Below are positions 26,155-37,061 of a stretch of 37,273 nucleotides of DNA, piece by piece. Position 1 is the stretch's first letter; every line of letters starts with the position of its first letter. Source of the stretch: Eubacteriales bacterium. GTDB lineage: Bacteria; Bacillota; Clostridia; Oscillospirales; CAG-382. The notes below the pieces were generated by a model. That model saw only the letters and a program-made list of their open reading frames with translations. It was not told where the DNA came from and searched no databases. A program made the position numbers and the translations under genes. The stretch is from NCBI GenBank assembly GCA_045631825.1, contig JAZQVQ010000169.1, positions 1-37,273 on the forward strand, written 5' to 3'.

Positions 26155-27225
26155 ATGAACACTTTCGGAAACAAAATCAAAGTTACGATATTTGGTCAAT
26201 CTCATTCCGATGCTATAGGAGTTACTATTGATGGTTTACCCTCAGGATTTGAAATTGATATGCAATATGTAAACAAGTTTATGGCAAGGCGTTCGTCGGT
26301 ATCAAAAAGCTATGCGACACCCAGAAAGGAAGCAGACATCCCCGAGTTTATTTCAGGTTTATATAACGGCAAAACCGCCGGGTGTCCCCTTACGGCAATT
26401 ATAAGAAACACAGATATTAGATCAAAGGACTATTCCACTCTCTCGGTAACGCCAAGACCATCTCATGTTGACTTTCCTGCAAAAGTGAAATTCGGCTATA
26501 GCTATGACGTACGTGGTTCGGGTCAGTTTTCAGGAAGAATGACTGCTCCTTTATGTCTTGCAGGTGCAGTAATTATGCAGATTCTGGAGCAGAAAGGCAT
26601 ACACATCGGTGCACACGTTTCTTCAATAGGAAATGTGCGTGATGACAAATTTGATTTATGTGATGTTGACTCAGGCCTCCTATCCTTACTAAAGCAAAAA
26701 GAGTTTCCCGTTATAAACGATGCTTGCAAAGATACAATGATAGATGAAATTTTAAAAGCAGCAAAAGAGCTTGATTCTATAGGCGGTATAGTTGAGTGTG
26801 CTGCAGTCGGACTTAACGCAGGTGTCGGAGAGCCAATGTTTGAGGGTATTGAAAATGTCATTTCAAGCACTGTTTTTGCAATTCCCGCTGTAAGAGGTAT
26901 CGAATTCGGTCTTGGCTTTGAAAGTGCTTTCCTTAACGGAAGTAAAAACAATGACAGTTATTACACCGATGGAAAAACCATCAAAACAAAAACCAACAAT
27001 TCCGGTGGAATTATCGGTGGTATGACAACTGGCATGCCTATTGTTTTCAGAGTAGCTTTCAAACCTACCCCGTCAATAGCAAAGAAACAGGAAACTGTAA
27101 ATCTTGATAAAATGGAAAATACATCATTTGAAATCAAAGGTCGTCACGACCCATGTATCGTACCAAGAGCCGTACCTTGTGTTGAAGCCGCTTGTGCCCT
27201 TGCTCTTGCACAATTTTATTTATAA
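26155..27225 (+). CDS. aroC: Chorismate synthase
   Basis: FGQSHSDAIGVTIDGLPSG, RPSH, GGMTTG and GRHDPC motifs. Confidence 0.93.
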   Translation: MNTFGNKIKVTIFGQSHSDAIGVTIDGLPSGFEIDMQYVNKFMARRSSVSKSYATPRKEADIPEFISGLYNGKTAGCPLTAIIRNTDIRSKDYSTLSVTPRPSHVDFPAKVKFGYSYDVRGSGQFSGRMTAPLCLAGAVIMQILEQKGIHIGAHVSSIGNVRDDKFDLCDVDSGLLSLLKQKEFPVINDACKDTMIDEILKAAKELDSIGGIVECAAVGLNAGVGEPMFEGIENVISSTVFAIPAVRGIEFGLGFESAFLNGSKNNDSYYTDGKTIKTKTNNSGGIIGGMTTGMPIVFRVAFKPTPSIAKKQETVNLDKMENTSFEIKGRHDPCIVPRAVPCVEAACALALAQFYL

Positions 27226-27240
27226 ACGGAGATTATCACT

Positions 27241-28386
27241 ATGGAACTTGAAAACATCAGACGAGAAATAAATAACATTGACGACGCACTTGTGGATTTA
27301 TTCAAAAAACGTATGAATTGTTCTGCAATGGTGGCAGAATACAAAAAGCAAAATTCAAAGGCAATTTTTGACAAATCCCGTGAACGTTCAATAGTTGCAA
27401 GGTTGACAGAAGACTGTGACGAGCAGACCGCCTGCTACATAAATGCTTTATACAACACCATTTTTGAAGTAAGTCGTTCTCTGCAAAGCAGTATGATTTA
27501 CTCGAATTCTGACCTGATGCAAAGAATCGCAAATGCAAAAAGCAGTACAAGCGAGTTTTTACCGACATCGCCGAAAGTTGCCTGTCAGGGGGTTGAGGGT
27601 GCATATTCTACACAGGCTTGTGACAGACTTTTCCCAAGAGGAAATATTGTTTATTCAGACATTTTTGAAAATGTTTTTGAAAAAGTTATAAGCGGTCAGT
27701 GTGATTATGGCATATTGCCTCTAGAAAACAGTCTTCATGGCTCTGTGTGGCAGGTATATGATTTACTTAAAAAATATCAGAACAAAGTATACATTGTAAA
27801 GAGTGTAAAAATACCCATTCATCACGTTCTAGTTGCAAAACCCGGTGTTAAAAAGCAAGATATTAGGCAAGTCTATTCTCACCAGCAGGCAATCGGTCAA
27901 TGCAGTCACTTTTTATCTGAAAATCCCCAGATAAATGTAAATATCAGTACAAACACCGCTCTTGCTGCAAAGTTTATTTCTGAAAGTGACAATCCTGAAA
28001 TTGCGGCTATTTCTTCTGCCGAATGTGCCGAGCTTTACGGGCTTGAAATAATTGACAGAGATATACAGAACAGCGACAACAATCACACAAGATTTATATG
28101 CATTTCCAGCAAAATGGAAATATATCCTTCTTCCACAAAGCTTTCTGTAATGTTCTCTGTACCCCACAGACCCGGTGGGCTTTTCAGTATTCTTGCAAGG
28201 TTCAACATTCTCGGAATAAGTCTTACAAAACTTGAGAGCAGACCTATTGAAGGACGTGATTTTGAATTTTTATTTTATGCTGAAATGGATTTGAACGGAC
28301 TATCACCCGACTTACTTTCATTTTTAAGCGAGCTCGATTCAAAACCCGAAGAATTTGTCTTTTTAGGTAATTATTCTGAAGTGTGA
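27241..28386 (+). CDS. pheA: Bifunctional chorismate mutase / prephenate dehydratase (P-protein)
   Basis: N-terminal AroQ-type CM helix (LENIRREINNIDDALVDLFKKR). PDT domain (ACQGVEGAYS, NHTRF). ACT domain with ESRP. Confidence 0.9.
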   Translation: MELENIRREINNIDDALVDLFKKRMNCSAMVAEYKKQNSKAIFDKSRERSIVARLTEDCDEQTACYINALYNTIFEVSRSLQSSMIYSNSDLMQRIANAKSSTSEFLPTSPKVACQGVEGAYSTQACDRLFPRGNIVYSDIFENVFEKVISGQCDYGILPLENSLHGSVWQVYDLLKKYQNKVYIVKSVKIPIHHVLVAKPGVKKQDIRQVYSHQQAIGQCSHFLSENPQINVNISTNTALAAKFISESDNPEIAAISSAECAELYGLEIIDRDIQNSDNNHTRFICISSKMEIYPSSTKLSVMFSVPHRPGGLFSILARFNILGISLTKLESRPIEGRDFEFLFYAEMDLNGLSPDLLSFLSELDSKPEEFVFLGNYSEV

Positions 28387-28411
28387 TTCTGGTGCAGGAA
28401 AGGAAATTTTT

Positions 28412-29680
28412 ATGATTCAGTTTGGTTTATGCGGAAGAACCTTGAAACACAGTTATTCCAAAATAATACATTCGTACCTTGGCAACGACAACTACGAGCT
28501 TATAAACCTTGAACGAGATGAATTCTATGAGCTTATGGAATCAAAGGCTTTTAAAGCCTTGAACGTCACTATACCTTACAAAATTGATGCCTACAATTTA
28601 TGCGATGTTGTTTCAAACGAAGCCAAGATTATAGGATGTGTAAACACTGTTGTAAACAGAGACGGTATTCTGTATGGTTACAACACGGATTTTTTTGGTT
28701 TTGAATATATGTTAAAGCGTTCCGGAATATCCTTAAAAGACAAAAATATAGTGATTCTCGGAAGTGGTGGTACTTCTCTTACTGCAACTGCCGTTGCAAA
28801 AAGCCACGGTGCAAAATCTATTACAACTGTCTCACGTTCCGGCAAGATAAATTACAACAATGTTTACGAGCTTACCAACACTCAGGTTATTATAAATACA
28901 ACACCGGTTGGTATGTATCCCGACAATCAGCGAAGTCCTGTTGACATTACAAAATTCACTTACTTAACCGATGTTATTGATGTCATTTACAATCCCATAA
29001 AAACAAAATTAATAGCAACTGCTGATGAAAACTCTATAAGGTGTACAAGTGGTCTTAGTATGCTTGTCGCACAAGCTGTAAGGGCCGACGAGTTATTCTT
29101 TGGCAAAAAGAATGGTGACGATATTATTGAAGACGTTATAAGCAAGTGTATAATGAAAACATCAAACATTGTACTTGTTGGTATGCCGGGATGCGGAAAG
29201 ACAACCGTCGGAAAAATTTTATCCCAAAAAACCGGAAAACTTTGTTTTGACACTGATGATTTTGTGGAAAAATGTGGTATGCCCATCCCCGAAATTTTCG
29301 AAAAATTCGGTGAGGAAAACTTTCGTGAGAAAGAAACTCAGGCAGTTAAAATGCTTTGTTCTATGTCTGAAAAAATTATTTCAACAGGCGGCGGAAGTAT
29401 TCTTAAAAAGGAAAACATTGACTATATGCGTCAGAACGGAATAATTGTATACATCAGGCGTGAGCTTGATAAGCTCAGTACCGATGGACGTCCATTATCC
29501 GCCGGCGGCACAGAAAAGCTTGAAAGAATATACAAAACAAGACAGCCTCTTTATGAAAAATATTCCGACATTAGTGTAGACATTGACGAAAATCCCGAAA
29601 AATGTGCACAAAAAATTCTCACCCTTATTCCCGAATTTATAAAGAACAATTACACTACAAGGAGCAGTGACAAAATATGA
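28412..29680 (+). CDS. aroE: Fused shikimate dehydrogenase (N-terminal) / shikimate kinase (C-terminal)
   Basis: NVTIPYK, GCVNTV and GYNTDFFGF (AroE), then Walker A GMPGCGKTTVGK and DTDD (AroK), all in one 422-aa frame. Confidence 0.88.
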   Translation: MIQFGLCGRTLKHSYSKIIHSYLGNDNYELINLERDEFYELMESKAFKALNVTIPYKIDAYNLCDVVSNEAKIIGCVNTVVNRDGILYGYNTDFFGFEYMLKRSGISLKDKNIVILGSGGTSLTATAVAKSHGAKSITTVSRSGKINYNNVYELTNTQVIINTTPVGMYPDNQRSPVDITKFTYLTDVIDVIYNPIKTKLIATADENSIRCTSGLSMLVAQAVRADELFFGKKNGDDIIEDVISKCIMKTSNIVLVGMPGCGKTTVGKILSQKTGKLCFDTDDFVEKCGMPIPEIFEKFGEENFREKETQAVKMLCSMSEKIISTGGGSILKKENIDYMRQNGIIVYIRRELDKLSTDGRPLSAGGTEKLERIYKTRQPLYEKYSDISVDIDENPEKCAQKILTLIPEFIKNNYTTRSSDKI

Positions 29681-30102
29681 TTATAACTGTTATAAATGGT
29701 CCAAACTTAAATATGTTAGGTATACGTGAAAAAGATATTTACGGCATGGGTACTTATGATGAGCTCTGCTCTATGATAGAGGAAAGTGCAAAGAAGCTTA
29801 ACATCGATATCGAAATATACCAGTCCAACCACGAGGGTGATATTGTCGACAAAATTCAGAGTTGCTACGGAAAAAGCAACGGTATAATAATTAACCCTGC
29901 AGCCTACACCCACACAAGCGTTGCAATTCTTGATGCAATAAAGGCGGTAAACATTCCAACCGTTGAAGTACACATATCAGACGTTGACAAAAGAGAGGAT
30001 TTCAGAAAAATGTCCTATGTACGTTCTGCTTGTGTCAAAACAATCAAGGGCGAGGGATTTGAAGGTTACATACACGCTCTTGAATTTCTCAGCAAATTTT
30101 AA
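29677..30102 (+). CDS. aroQ: Type II 3-dehydroquinate dehydratase
   Basis: INGPNLNMLGIRE, NPAAYTHTSVA and EVHISD motifs. It overlaps the upstream stop by 4 nt. Confidence 0.92.
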   Translation: MIITVINGPNLNMLGIREKDIYGMGTYDELCSMIEESAKKLNIDIEIYQSNHEGDIVDKIQSCYGKSNGIIINPAAYTHTSVAILDAIKAVNIPTVEVHISDVDKREDFRKMSYVRSACVKTIKGEGFEGYIHALEFLSKF

Positions 30103-30199
30103 ATTTGATTGTTTCTCATTGACAAGACAGTTTTTTTATGGTATCCTTTTTTAATAAGATGATACAATGATTATAGTAGTCTAACGGAGGTTTTATTTT

Positions 30200-30649
30200 A
30201 TGAAAGTAATGCTTTTACAGGACGTTAAAAGTCAGGGCAAAAAAGGTGATCTTATAAACGTTTCTGATGGATATGCCAGAAATTTTCTTTTCCCAAAAAA
30301 GCTTGCAGTTGAGGCTGATGCTAAAATTTTAAGTGAAATCAAAAGCAAAGAACAAGCAAGAAAACATCACGAAGAAATGGAAAGACAGGCAGCTCTCGAA
30401 ACAGCTAAAAAGCTTGAGGGTATTGTTGTTAAAATTTATGCAACTGCCGGTAGTGACGGAAAGTTCTTTGGTTCTGTAACCTCAAAGGAAATTGCAGAAG
30501 AGCTTGCAAAACAGTCCGGAATTGAAGTTGACAAAAGAAAAATTGTAGCACCCGATGCATTTAAATCATTTGGCACATACACTGTCGACGTTAAACTGTA
30601 TCCCGAAATTATCGGAAAGTTAAACGTACTAATTGCAAGTAAGGATTGA
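30200..30649 (+). CDS. rplI: 50S ribosomal protein L9
   Basis: [36 protein letters not shown] is the canonical L9 N-terminus. Confidence 0.93.
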   Translation: MKVMLLQDVKSQGKKGDLINVSDGYARNFLFPKKLAVEADAKILSEIKSKEQARKHHEEMERQAALETAKKLEGIVVKIYATAGSDGKFFGSVTSKEIAEELAKQSGIEVDKRKIVAPDAFKSFGTYTVDVKLYPEIIGKLNVLIASKD

Positions 30650-30654
30650 TAAAG

Positions 30655-31995
30655 ATGGCTGACTTATACACGTCAGATGAAGTTTTAAGAAAAATGCCCT
30701 ACTCTCTTGAGGCGGAGCAGTCTGTTCTTGGCACAATTATTCTTGACCCTGACAAAATCCGTGAAGTAGCAAATTCGTTGCGTTCGGAGGAATTTTACCT
30801 CGAGCAGCACAGAGTTATTTACGAGGCTATGAGAGAGTTATTTATCTCAAGCAGCACCATTGACGTAATTACTCTTGTGGACGAACTTGTCAAAAGCGGA
30901 ACATATGATGATGCGGGAGGAAAAAACTATGTTTCCCTCCTTGCTCAGTCTGTGCCGTCAATTTCAAATCTTAATGATTACATCAAGATAATACGCGAAA
31001 AAGCTCTTTTAAGAAGGCTTATTGAGGCTTCAAACGAAATAAGTCAGATGGCTTACAGTGCCGAGGGCGATACCGAAACTATTCTTGACCGTTCCGAACA
31101 GTTGATTTTTGATATAGCCGACAAAAATGAAACAAAGGGTTTTTCCCACATCAAAGATGTTATCCTTGCAAATTATCAGCATCTTGATGAGCTTATAAAA
31201 AACGGCGAGGCTGCACTTGGTACTCCAACTTATTTTACAGACATCGACAAGTTTCTTGTCGGAATGGGAAAAGGAGATTTAATCCTTGTAGGTGCAAGAC
31301 CCGGTATGGGTAAAACAAGTTTTTGTCTTAATATAGCGTCTCAGGTTGCCCTTAAAACAAAAAAATCCGTTGCCGTTTTCTCTCTTGAAATGTCCTGCGA
31401 ACAGCTTGTTTCAAGAATGTTATCCTCGGAAGCTCTTATAGACAGTTACAAAATGAGAAAAGGTGACCTGTCCGAAGATGACTGGGTTAAACTCGCAAGA
31501 GCATCAAGTGTGCTTTCACAAGCGGACATTCTCATTGATGATACCTCGGGTATTTCCGTAACGGGTATGAAAGCAAAGCTTAGACGAGTCAAAAACTTAG
31601 GACTTGTTGTAATTGACTACTTACAGCTCATGCAATCCGACAGAAGAAACGACAACAGAGTTCAGGAAGTTGCGGAAATTTCAAGAGCACTCAAACTTAT
31701 GGCAAAGGATTTGCAGGTACCGGTTATAACCTGTGCCCAGCTTTCAAGAGGTCCTGAGAGCAGAACTGACAAAACTCCTATGCTTTCGGATTTGAGAGAT
31801 TCGGGTGCCATCGAGCAGGATGCTGACACAGTTATGTTTTTATATCGTGATGATTATTACAAAAATGACCCTGAAAAGCAAAATCTTGCTGAATGTATAA
31901 TCGCCAAAAACCGTCATGGTTCAACCGGTAAAGTTCAACTTGGCTGGTTTGGACAATACACTAAATTTACATCTCTTGATTCAACTCATGAATAA
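30655..31995 (+). CDS. dnaB: Replicative DNA helicase
   Basis: PYSLEAEQSVLG N-terminus, Walker A GARPGMGKTSF, and the IDYLQLM and AKNRHG motifs. I preferred the ATG at 30655 over the TTG at 30646. Confidence 0.95.
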   Translation: MADLYTSDEVLRKMPYSLEAEQSVLGTIILDPDKIREVANSLRSEEFYLEQHRVIYEAMRELFISSSTIDVITLVDELVKSGTYDDAGGKNYVSLLAQSVPSISNLNDYIKIIREKALLRRLIEASNEISQMAYSAEGDTETILDRSEQLIFDIADKNETKGFSHIKDVILANYQHLDELIKNGEAALGTPTYFTDIDKFLVGMGKGDLILVGARPGMGKTSFCLNIASQVALKTKKSVAVFSLEMSCEQLVSRMLSSEALIDSYKMRKGDLSEDDWVKLARASSVLSQADILIDDTSGISVTGMKAKLRRVKNLGLVVIDYLQLMQSDRRNDNRVQEVAEISRALKLMAKDLQVPVITCAQLSRGPESRTDKTPMLSDLRDSGAIEQDADTVMFLYRDDYYKNDPEKQNLAECIIAKNRHGSTGKVQLGWFGQYTKFTSLDSTHE

Positions 31996-33409
31996 CAACA
32001 GTATTTACAAGTATTCTCAAAAAATCAACAGGACAATAAAAGAGTTTTCTCTTTTGGAAAATGAAGCAAAGGTTCTTGTTGCATTATCAGGCGGTGCAGA
32101 TTCCTGCACCTTGCTTGTTTTACTCAAATCTATAGAAAAACAGTATAATATTTCAATTTCTGCAATACACATAAATCATAAGATTAGGCAAGGTGAAGCC
32201 GACAGAGACCAAGCATTTTCAAGGAATTTATGCAAAAAGCTTGGTGTTGAGTTTTTTGAGGAAAATGTAAATATCCCCGAAATTGCAAAAAGCAAAAATC
32301 AATCCATCGAGCTTTGTGCACGTGAACAAAGATACGAAATTTTTAAAAGAGTTGCAAGGCAAAACAATTTTAATTACGTTGCTCTTGCCCACACCGCCTC
32401 GGACAATGCTGAGACTATTATTTTTAATCTTTGCAGAGGGTCTTCTCTTAAAGGTCTTTGCGGAATTCCTCCAAAAAGATTATTATGTGACAACATAAGT
32501 ATAATACGTCCGTTAATTGAGTTTTCAAGAGCCGATGTTGAAAAAGTTTTATCTATTATTAACCAAGATTACGTTACTGATTCCAGTAATTTTTCAGACG
32601 ATTACACAAGAAATAACATACGTCACAACATTATTCCACTGCTTAAAGAAATTAATCCGTCACTTGAGACAACTTTACTTTCTACATCCAATTTGTTAAG
32701 AAGTGACAGTGAGTTTTTAGAAAGTTATGCAAATGAAAACACCTGTCTTGAATTAAGCAAACTCTTAAAACTTGACAAAAGCATACTTACGCGAGTTTTA
32801 CGCAATCTTTACAACAAAACGTATGGGCAATCCTTAGAATACGTACACGTAAAAGCTATTGCGAGCCAAATTGAAAAATCAAAAGGTGCTTTATCTTTTT
32901 ATTCAAGAATTTCTCTTCCCCAAAAAACAAGTGCATTAATAGAAAATGGGAAATTGAAGTTTGAAAACGACGATAATGTATATAATAAAATAGAGTTCTC
33001 TTTTCCTCTAGAACAAGGTGTGAATTTTATACCCGGAACACATTTTGCACTATTCTGTGATTTTTCAGGAAAGGATCCGGGAAAAGATAAACTGCAAAAT
33101 AATAAAAATGTTTACAAAAAATACAACACAGTGTATATATATACTGATAAACTAAATAGTGAACTTTTTGTTTCACCGAGAAATGATGGTGATGTGTTTT
33201 TTTATCGTGGTATGCACAGACGTGTCAAGTCACTTTTTAACAAATCAGGGTTGTCTGTGAGATTTAGAAATCTTCTTCCCTTTGTTAAAGTCGGCGACGA
33301 AATAGTTTATATTCCAATGATTGGTATTGGAGATAATTTTTCAAAGCCGGATGCTAATAAAAAAACTGTATGTCTATCGTTCTATATCTGTAATTTACTT
33401 GAGGAGTGA
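31988..33409 (+). CDS. tilS: tRNA(Ile)-lysidine synthetase
   Basis: PP-loop VALSGGADS and HTASDNAET. The ATG at 31988 overlaps the dnaB stop (ATGAATAA). The track start at 31916 lies inside dnaB. Confidence 0.88.
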   Translation: MNNNSIYKYSQKINRTIKEFSLLENEAKVLVALSGGADSCTLLVLLKSIEKQYNISISAIHINHKIRQGEADRDQAFSRNLCKKLGVEFFEENVNIPEIAKSKNQSIELCAREQRYEIFKRVARQNNFNYVALAHTASDNAETIIFNLCRGSSLKGLCGIPPKRLLCDNISIIRPLIEFSRADVEKVLSIINQDYVTDSSNFSDDYTRNNIRHNIIPLLKEINPSLETTLLSTSNLLRSDSEFLESYANENTCLELSKLLKLDKSILTRVLRNLYNKTYGQSLEYVHVKAIASQIEKSKGALSFYSRISLPQKTSALIENGKLKFENDDNVYNKIEFSFPLEQGVNFIPGTHFALFCDFSGKDPGKDKLQNNKNVYKKYNTVYIYTDKLNSELFVSPRNDGDVFFYRGMHRRVKSLFNKSGLSVRFRNLLPFVKVGDEIVYIPMIGIGDNFSKPDANKKTVCLSFYICNLLEE

Positions 33410-33419
33410 TTATTACTAA

Positions 33420-35489
33420 ATGAAAAACAATGCAAAAATCATTATTTTTTATATAGCCTTAATTTTCTGTATTCTTATTGCAGCTTCAACGCTTTTATCA
33501 CAACCAAGCTCCGAAAAACTAACATACAGCGATGTTGTTGATATGTTCAACAACCAGCAGGTTTCAAGCTTTGTTATTACAGAAAGCAACGATTTAATAC
33601 TTGAAGCAACAGACGGGAAACAGTATACAATAAAGCTCAGAAGTCTTGAAATTTTTGAAAGAGATTTGAAACAGACAATTCTTGAGCAGCAAAAGCAGGG
33701 TATCATTACCGATTACCACTATGTTGAGCCGACTGAAATTCCGTGGTGGGTAAGTTTCCTTCCCTATGTCGTAATAATTGTTCTGTTTATAGTTCTCTGG
33801 ATATACGTTATGAATCAGGCTGCCGGAGGAAAAGGCAGCAAAATCAACTCCTTTGGCCGTTCTCGTGCAAAACTTGCTTCTAGTGAGAAAAATAAGGTTA
33901 CGTTTGATGATGTTGCTGGTGCTGACGAAGAAAAAGAAGAATTGATGGAGGTTGTTGAATTTTTAAAGAACTCCAAGCGTTACATCGACCTCGGTGCAAA
34001 AATCCCGAGAGGTGTATTGCTTGTAGGCCCTCCCGGTACGGGTAAAACTTTACTTGCAAAGGCTGTCGCAGGCGAAGCTAATGTGCCATTCTACTCCATA
34101 TCAGGCTCTGATTTCGTTGAAATGTATGTTGGTGTCGGTGCTTCAAGAGTCCGTGACCTTTTTGATACAGCAAAGAAAAACAGCCATGCAATTATATTTA
34201 TTGACGAAATTGATGCGGTTGGCCGTCACAGAGGTGCAGGCTTTGGTGGTGGTCACGATGAACGTGAACAGACTTTAAACCAATTGCTTGTTGAAATGGA
34301 TGGTTTTGGAAAACACGACGGTATTATAGTTATTGCCGCAACAAACCGCCCTGACATACTCGACCCTGCACTTTTACGTCCAGGTCGATTTGATAGACAG
34401 GTTACCATAAATTACCCTGACCTCAAGGGTAGAACTGACATTTTGAAGGTACATGCAAAAGGTAAGCCCTTTGAAGACAGTGTTGACCTTGAAAAAGTTG
34501 CACAGGCAACAGTCGGTTTTACTGGTGCAGACCTTGCAAATCTTCTTAATGAAGCAGCTTTACTTGCTGCCCGCAAGCACAAGTATCTTATAGGAATGAA
34601 GGATATAGAAGAAGCTTCGCTTAAAATTATGGTGGGTACTCAGAAAAAGTCTCACCGCTTTAAGCCTGAGGAAAAGAAGAAGACAGCTTATCACGAAGCC
34701 GGTCACGCAGTTCTCGCACATCTTCTTCCATCGGTAGACCCTGTTCGCCAAATTTCAATCATACCCAGCGGAAGAGCTCTTGGTTATACATTAACTGTTC
34801 CGCTTGAAGACAAATTCAGCGTTTACAAAAAAGGTCTTAAGGAAGAAATAACTATGATTCTCGGCGGACGTGTTGCTGAAAAAGTATTCTTTGATGACAT
34901 TTCCGGCGGTGCTTCCAACGACATTCAGAGAGCCACTCAAATTGCAAGAAATATGGTTACCCGTTATGGTATGAGTGATGAATTAGGACCTATTGCATTT
35001 GCATCCGAACGCTCTAATGATGAAATATTCCTTGGCCGTGATTTTAACAACACGAAGAATTATTCTGAAGAAACTGCTTTCAAAATTGATGAGGAAATTA
35101 AGAAAATCATCGATTCTGCTTATACCGACGCTGAACGCATTATTCTCGAAAACAAGGAAAAGCTTATTACAACTGCAGACTATCTTATTCTTCACGAAAC
35201 CATGGACGAAGAACAGTTTAAGTTCCTTATGGATACAAATCCAACGCCTTCAATAGAGGAAATTGCTCAAATTGCTCTGGATAAACAGGAATGCAGTGAC
35301 AAGCAAAATCAGACAAAGGCAGAAGAAAAAGCTAAGGAACAAAATCAGGACAACAACTGTGATGACAAGTCCAATGACTCAGACGACTCAGCAAATGAAT
35401 CCGGGCTAAGCAAAAAATTTTCCGTAAAGCCTAAAAATGAAAGTAATACTGCAAGTTCCGACGGTGTCGACGATACGCAAAACCGATAA
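33420..35489 (+). CDS. ftsH: ATP-dependent zinc metalloprotease FtsH
   Basis: Two TM segments, AAA motif [18 protein letters not shown], Walker [10 protein letters not shown] and zinc site HEAGHA. It has a polar/acidic C-terminal tail. Confidence 0.97.
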   Translation: MKNNAKIIIFYIALIFCILIAASTLLSQPSSEKLTYSDVVDMFNNQQVSSFVITESNDLILEATDGKQYTIKLRSLEIFERDLKQTILEQQKQGIITDYHYVEPTEIPWWVSFLPYVVIIVLFIVLWIYVMNQAAGGKGSKINSFGRSRAKLASSEKNKVTFDDVAGADEEKEELMEVVEFLKNSKRYIDLGAKIPRGVLLVGPPGTGKTLLAKAVAGEANVPFYSISGSDFVEMYVGVGASRVRDLFDTAKKNSHAIIFIDEIDAVGRHRGAGFGGGHDEREQTLNQLLVEMDGFGKHDGIIVIAATNRPDILDPALLRPGRFDRQVTINYPDLKGRTDILKVHAKGKPFEDSVDLEKVAQATVGFTGADLANLLNEAALLAARKHKYLIGMKDIEEASLKIMVGTQKKSHRFKPEEKKKTAYHEAGHAVLAHLLPSVDPVRQISIIPSGRALGYTLTVPLEDKFSVYKKGLKEEITMILGGRVAEKVFFDDISGGASNDIQRATQIARNMVTRYGMSDELGPIAFASERSNDEIFLGRDFNNTKNYSEETAFKIDEEIKKIIDSAYTDAERIILENKEKLITTADYLILHETMDEEQFKFLMDTNPTPSIEEIAQIALDKQECSDKQNQTKAEEKAKEQNQDNNCDDKSNDSDDSANESGLSKKFSVKPKNESNTASSDGVDDTQNR

Positions 35490-35496
35490 TTACTAC

Positions 35497-35524
35497 GGTG
35501 CCGGATTTCCGGCACCTATTTTTA
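35497..35524 (+). terminator. Intrinsic terminator after ftsH
   Basis: ggtgccgg-attt-ccggcacc followed by tattttta. Confidence 0.7.
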
Positions 35525-35537
35525 TAAGGACGGATTT

Positions 35538-36401
35538 ATGTTTAACAAATTAAAACCGGGTATTCCACCCAAGGTTGTCACAATCCACGATTTATCATGC
35601 TTTGGTAGATGTGCCCAGACCGTTATAGTTCCCGTTTTATCAATTATGAAAGTTCAGGCTCTTCCATTGCCTACTGCCCTGCTTTCAACGCATACGGGTG
35701 GATTTGAAAACTTCACATTCTTTGATTTATCAGATGAGATGGACAAAATTACTCATCACTGGAAAGAAACAAATATAGTTTTTGATGGTGTCTATTCAGG
35801 TTTCCTTGCAAGCGAAGGACAAATCGAGAAGGTTTTGAAATTTGCAGAGGACTGCAAAAAGCAAAATCCAAGCTGTCTCTTTCTTGCAGATCCTGTTATG
35901 GGTGACAATGGTGAAAAATACAAGACATATACAAACGAGATGTGTCTGCTTACCAAAAATCTCGTAAAAAAAGCTGATATTATTACCCCAAATCTGACCG
36001 AAGCTTGTATCCTGACAGATACACCCTACAGCCGTATTCACTCAAGCGACGATATAAAGCATATCCTTGCGAAACTAAGGAAAATAACCGATGCTAAAAT
36101 CATAATTACCGGTTTATATGGCAAAAACATATTTTCCAAGAAGACCGTTGGCTGTGCATACTTTGACGACAAGGGAAAATACAAGCAGTGTTTCAGTACA
36201 TATATCGGTGCCGATTATCCGGGTACCGGCGATGTATTTGCATCCGTTGCACTTGCTCAGATTTTGTATGGTAATAGTATCGACACGGCAGTGAAAAAAG
36301 CCGAAAAATTTGTAAACATCTGTACTCACAATTCATTTAAACTGGGTACTCCCATACGTGAAGGACTTGTCCTTGAAACTGTAATTGACAAACTTGTATA
36401 A
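35538..36401 (+). CDS. pdxK: Pyridoxal/pyridoxamine kinase (ribokinase superfamily)
   Basis: VVTIHDLSCFGRCAQTVIVPVLS...LPTALLSTHTGGF and the C-terminal GTGDVFAS anion-hole motif. Confidence 0.8.
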   Translation: MFNKLKPGIPPKVVTIHDLSCFGRCAQTVIVPVLSIMKVQALPLPTALLSTHTGGFENFTFFDLSDEMDKITHHWKETNIVFDGVYSGFLASEGQIEKVLKFAEDCKKQNPSCLFLADPVMGDNGEKYKTYTNEMCLLTKNLVKKADIITPNLTEACILTDTPYSRIHSSDDIKHILAKLRKITDAKIIITGLYGKNIFSKKTVGCAYFDDKGKYKQCFSTYIGADYPGTGDVFASVALAQILYGNSIDTAVKKAEKFVNICTHNSFKLGTPIREGLVLETVIDKLV

Positions 36402-36433
36402 CGTTCATATAATGACTTAAAAGGAGTGTTTTT

Positions 36434-36946
36434 ATGGCTATTATTTCACCTGAAGCTTTCTCTAAAAATGTGTTTGAGCTTATCGGCAAACGATGGGCAT
36501 TAATCGGTGCTTACGACAAAAACAAAGAGCCTGTTAAATACAACGCTATGACTGCAAGTTGGGGCGGTATGGGCGTTTTATGGGGCAAAAATGTATTTTG
36601 GTGTTTTATACGACCTCAGAGATACACAAAAGAATTTATTGAGAACTCAAATTATATTACACTTTCATTTTTTGATGAAAAATACCGAGAAGCTTTAAAT
36701 ATATGTGGCAGAGTTTCAGGACGAGATTATGACAAACTGACAAAAGCAAACCTTACGCCTGTAGTTTCAAATGATGGCGTTTTATCATTTGAGGAATCTG
36801 ATATTACTATCGTCGGCAAGAAGTTATACAAGGGCAAAATTTCTCCCGAAGGTTTTATTGACAACAAGTTTATCGACACTTTTTATCCACAAAGAGATTT
36901 TCACGATGTCTATGTTTGTGAAATTGTTAAAATACAGACAAAATAG
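36434..36946 (+). CDS. Flavin reductase-like (FMN-binding split-barrel) domain protein
   Basis: 170 aa. NAMTASWGGMGVLWGKNV...RPQRYT fits the flavin-reductase-like fold family. aaggag RBS. Confidence 0.65.
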   Translation: MAIISPEAFSKNVFELIGKRWALIGAYDKNKEPVKYNAMTASWGGMGVLWGKNVFWCFIRPQRYTKEFIENSNYITLSFFDEKYREALNICGRVSGRDYDKLTKANLTPVVSNDGVLSFEESDITIVGKKLYKGKISPEGFIDNKFIDTFYPQRDFHDVYVCEIVKIQTK

Positions 36947-37027
36947 TTTTTTATATTTGTGAAAAGCATATAAATTTTTCTTAAATTTAAGTAAAAATTC
37001 TACATTTATTATTGATTTTATTACCTT

Positions 37028-37061
37028 GATATGATATGATTTACTCATATCATATTATTTT
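37028..37061 (+). terminator. Intrinsic terminator after the flavin-reductase-like gene
   Basis: Perfect 11-bp stem atatgatatga / tcatatcatat with loop tttac, then tattttt. Confidence 0.7.

Noticed and set aside
31916-31987. Upstream extension of tilS (track start at 31916), the TTG or GTG track starts of murA (2006), dnaB (30646) and rimP (10458), and the longer track start of the DUF1540 gene (18901)
   Set aside because: These extensions overlap the preceding gene or lack an RBS. Downstream starts with proper SD spacing give N-termini that match the families.
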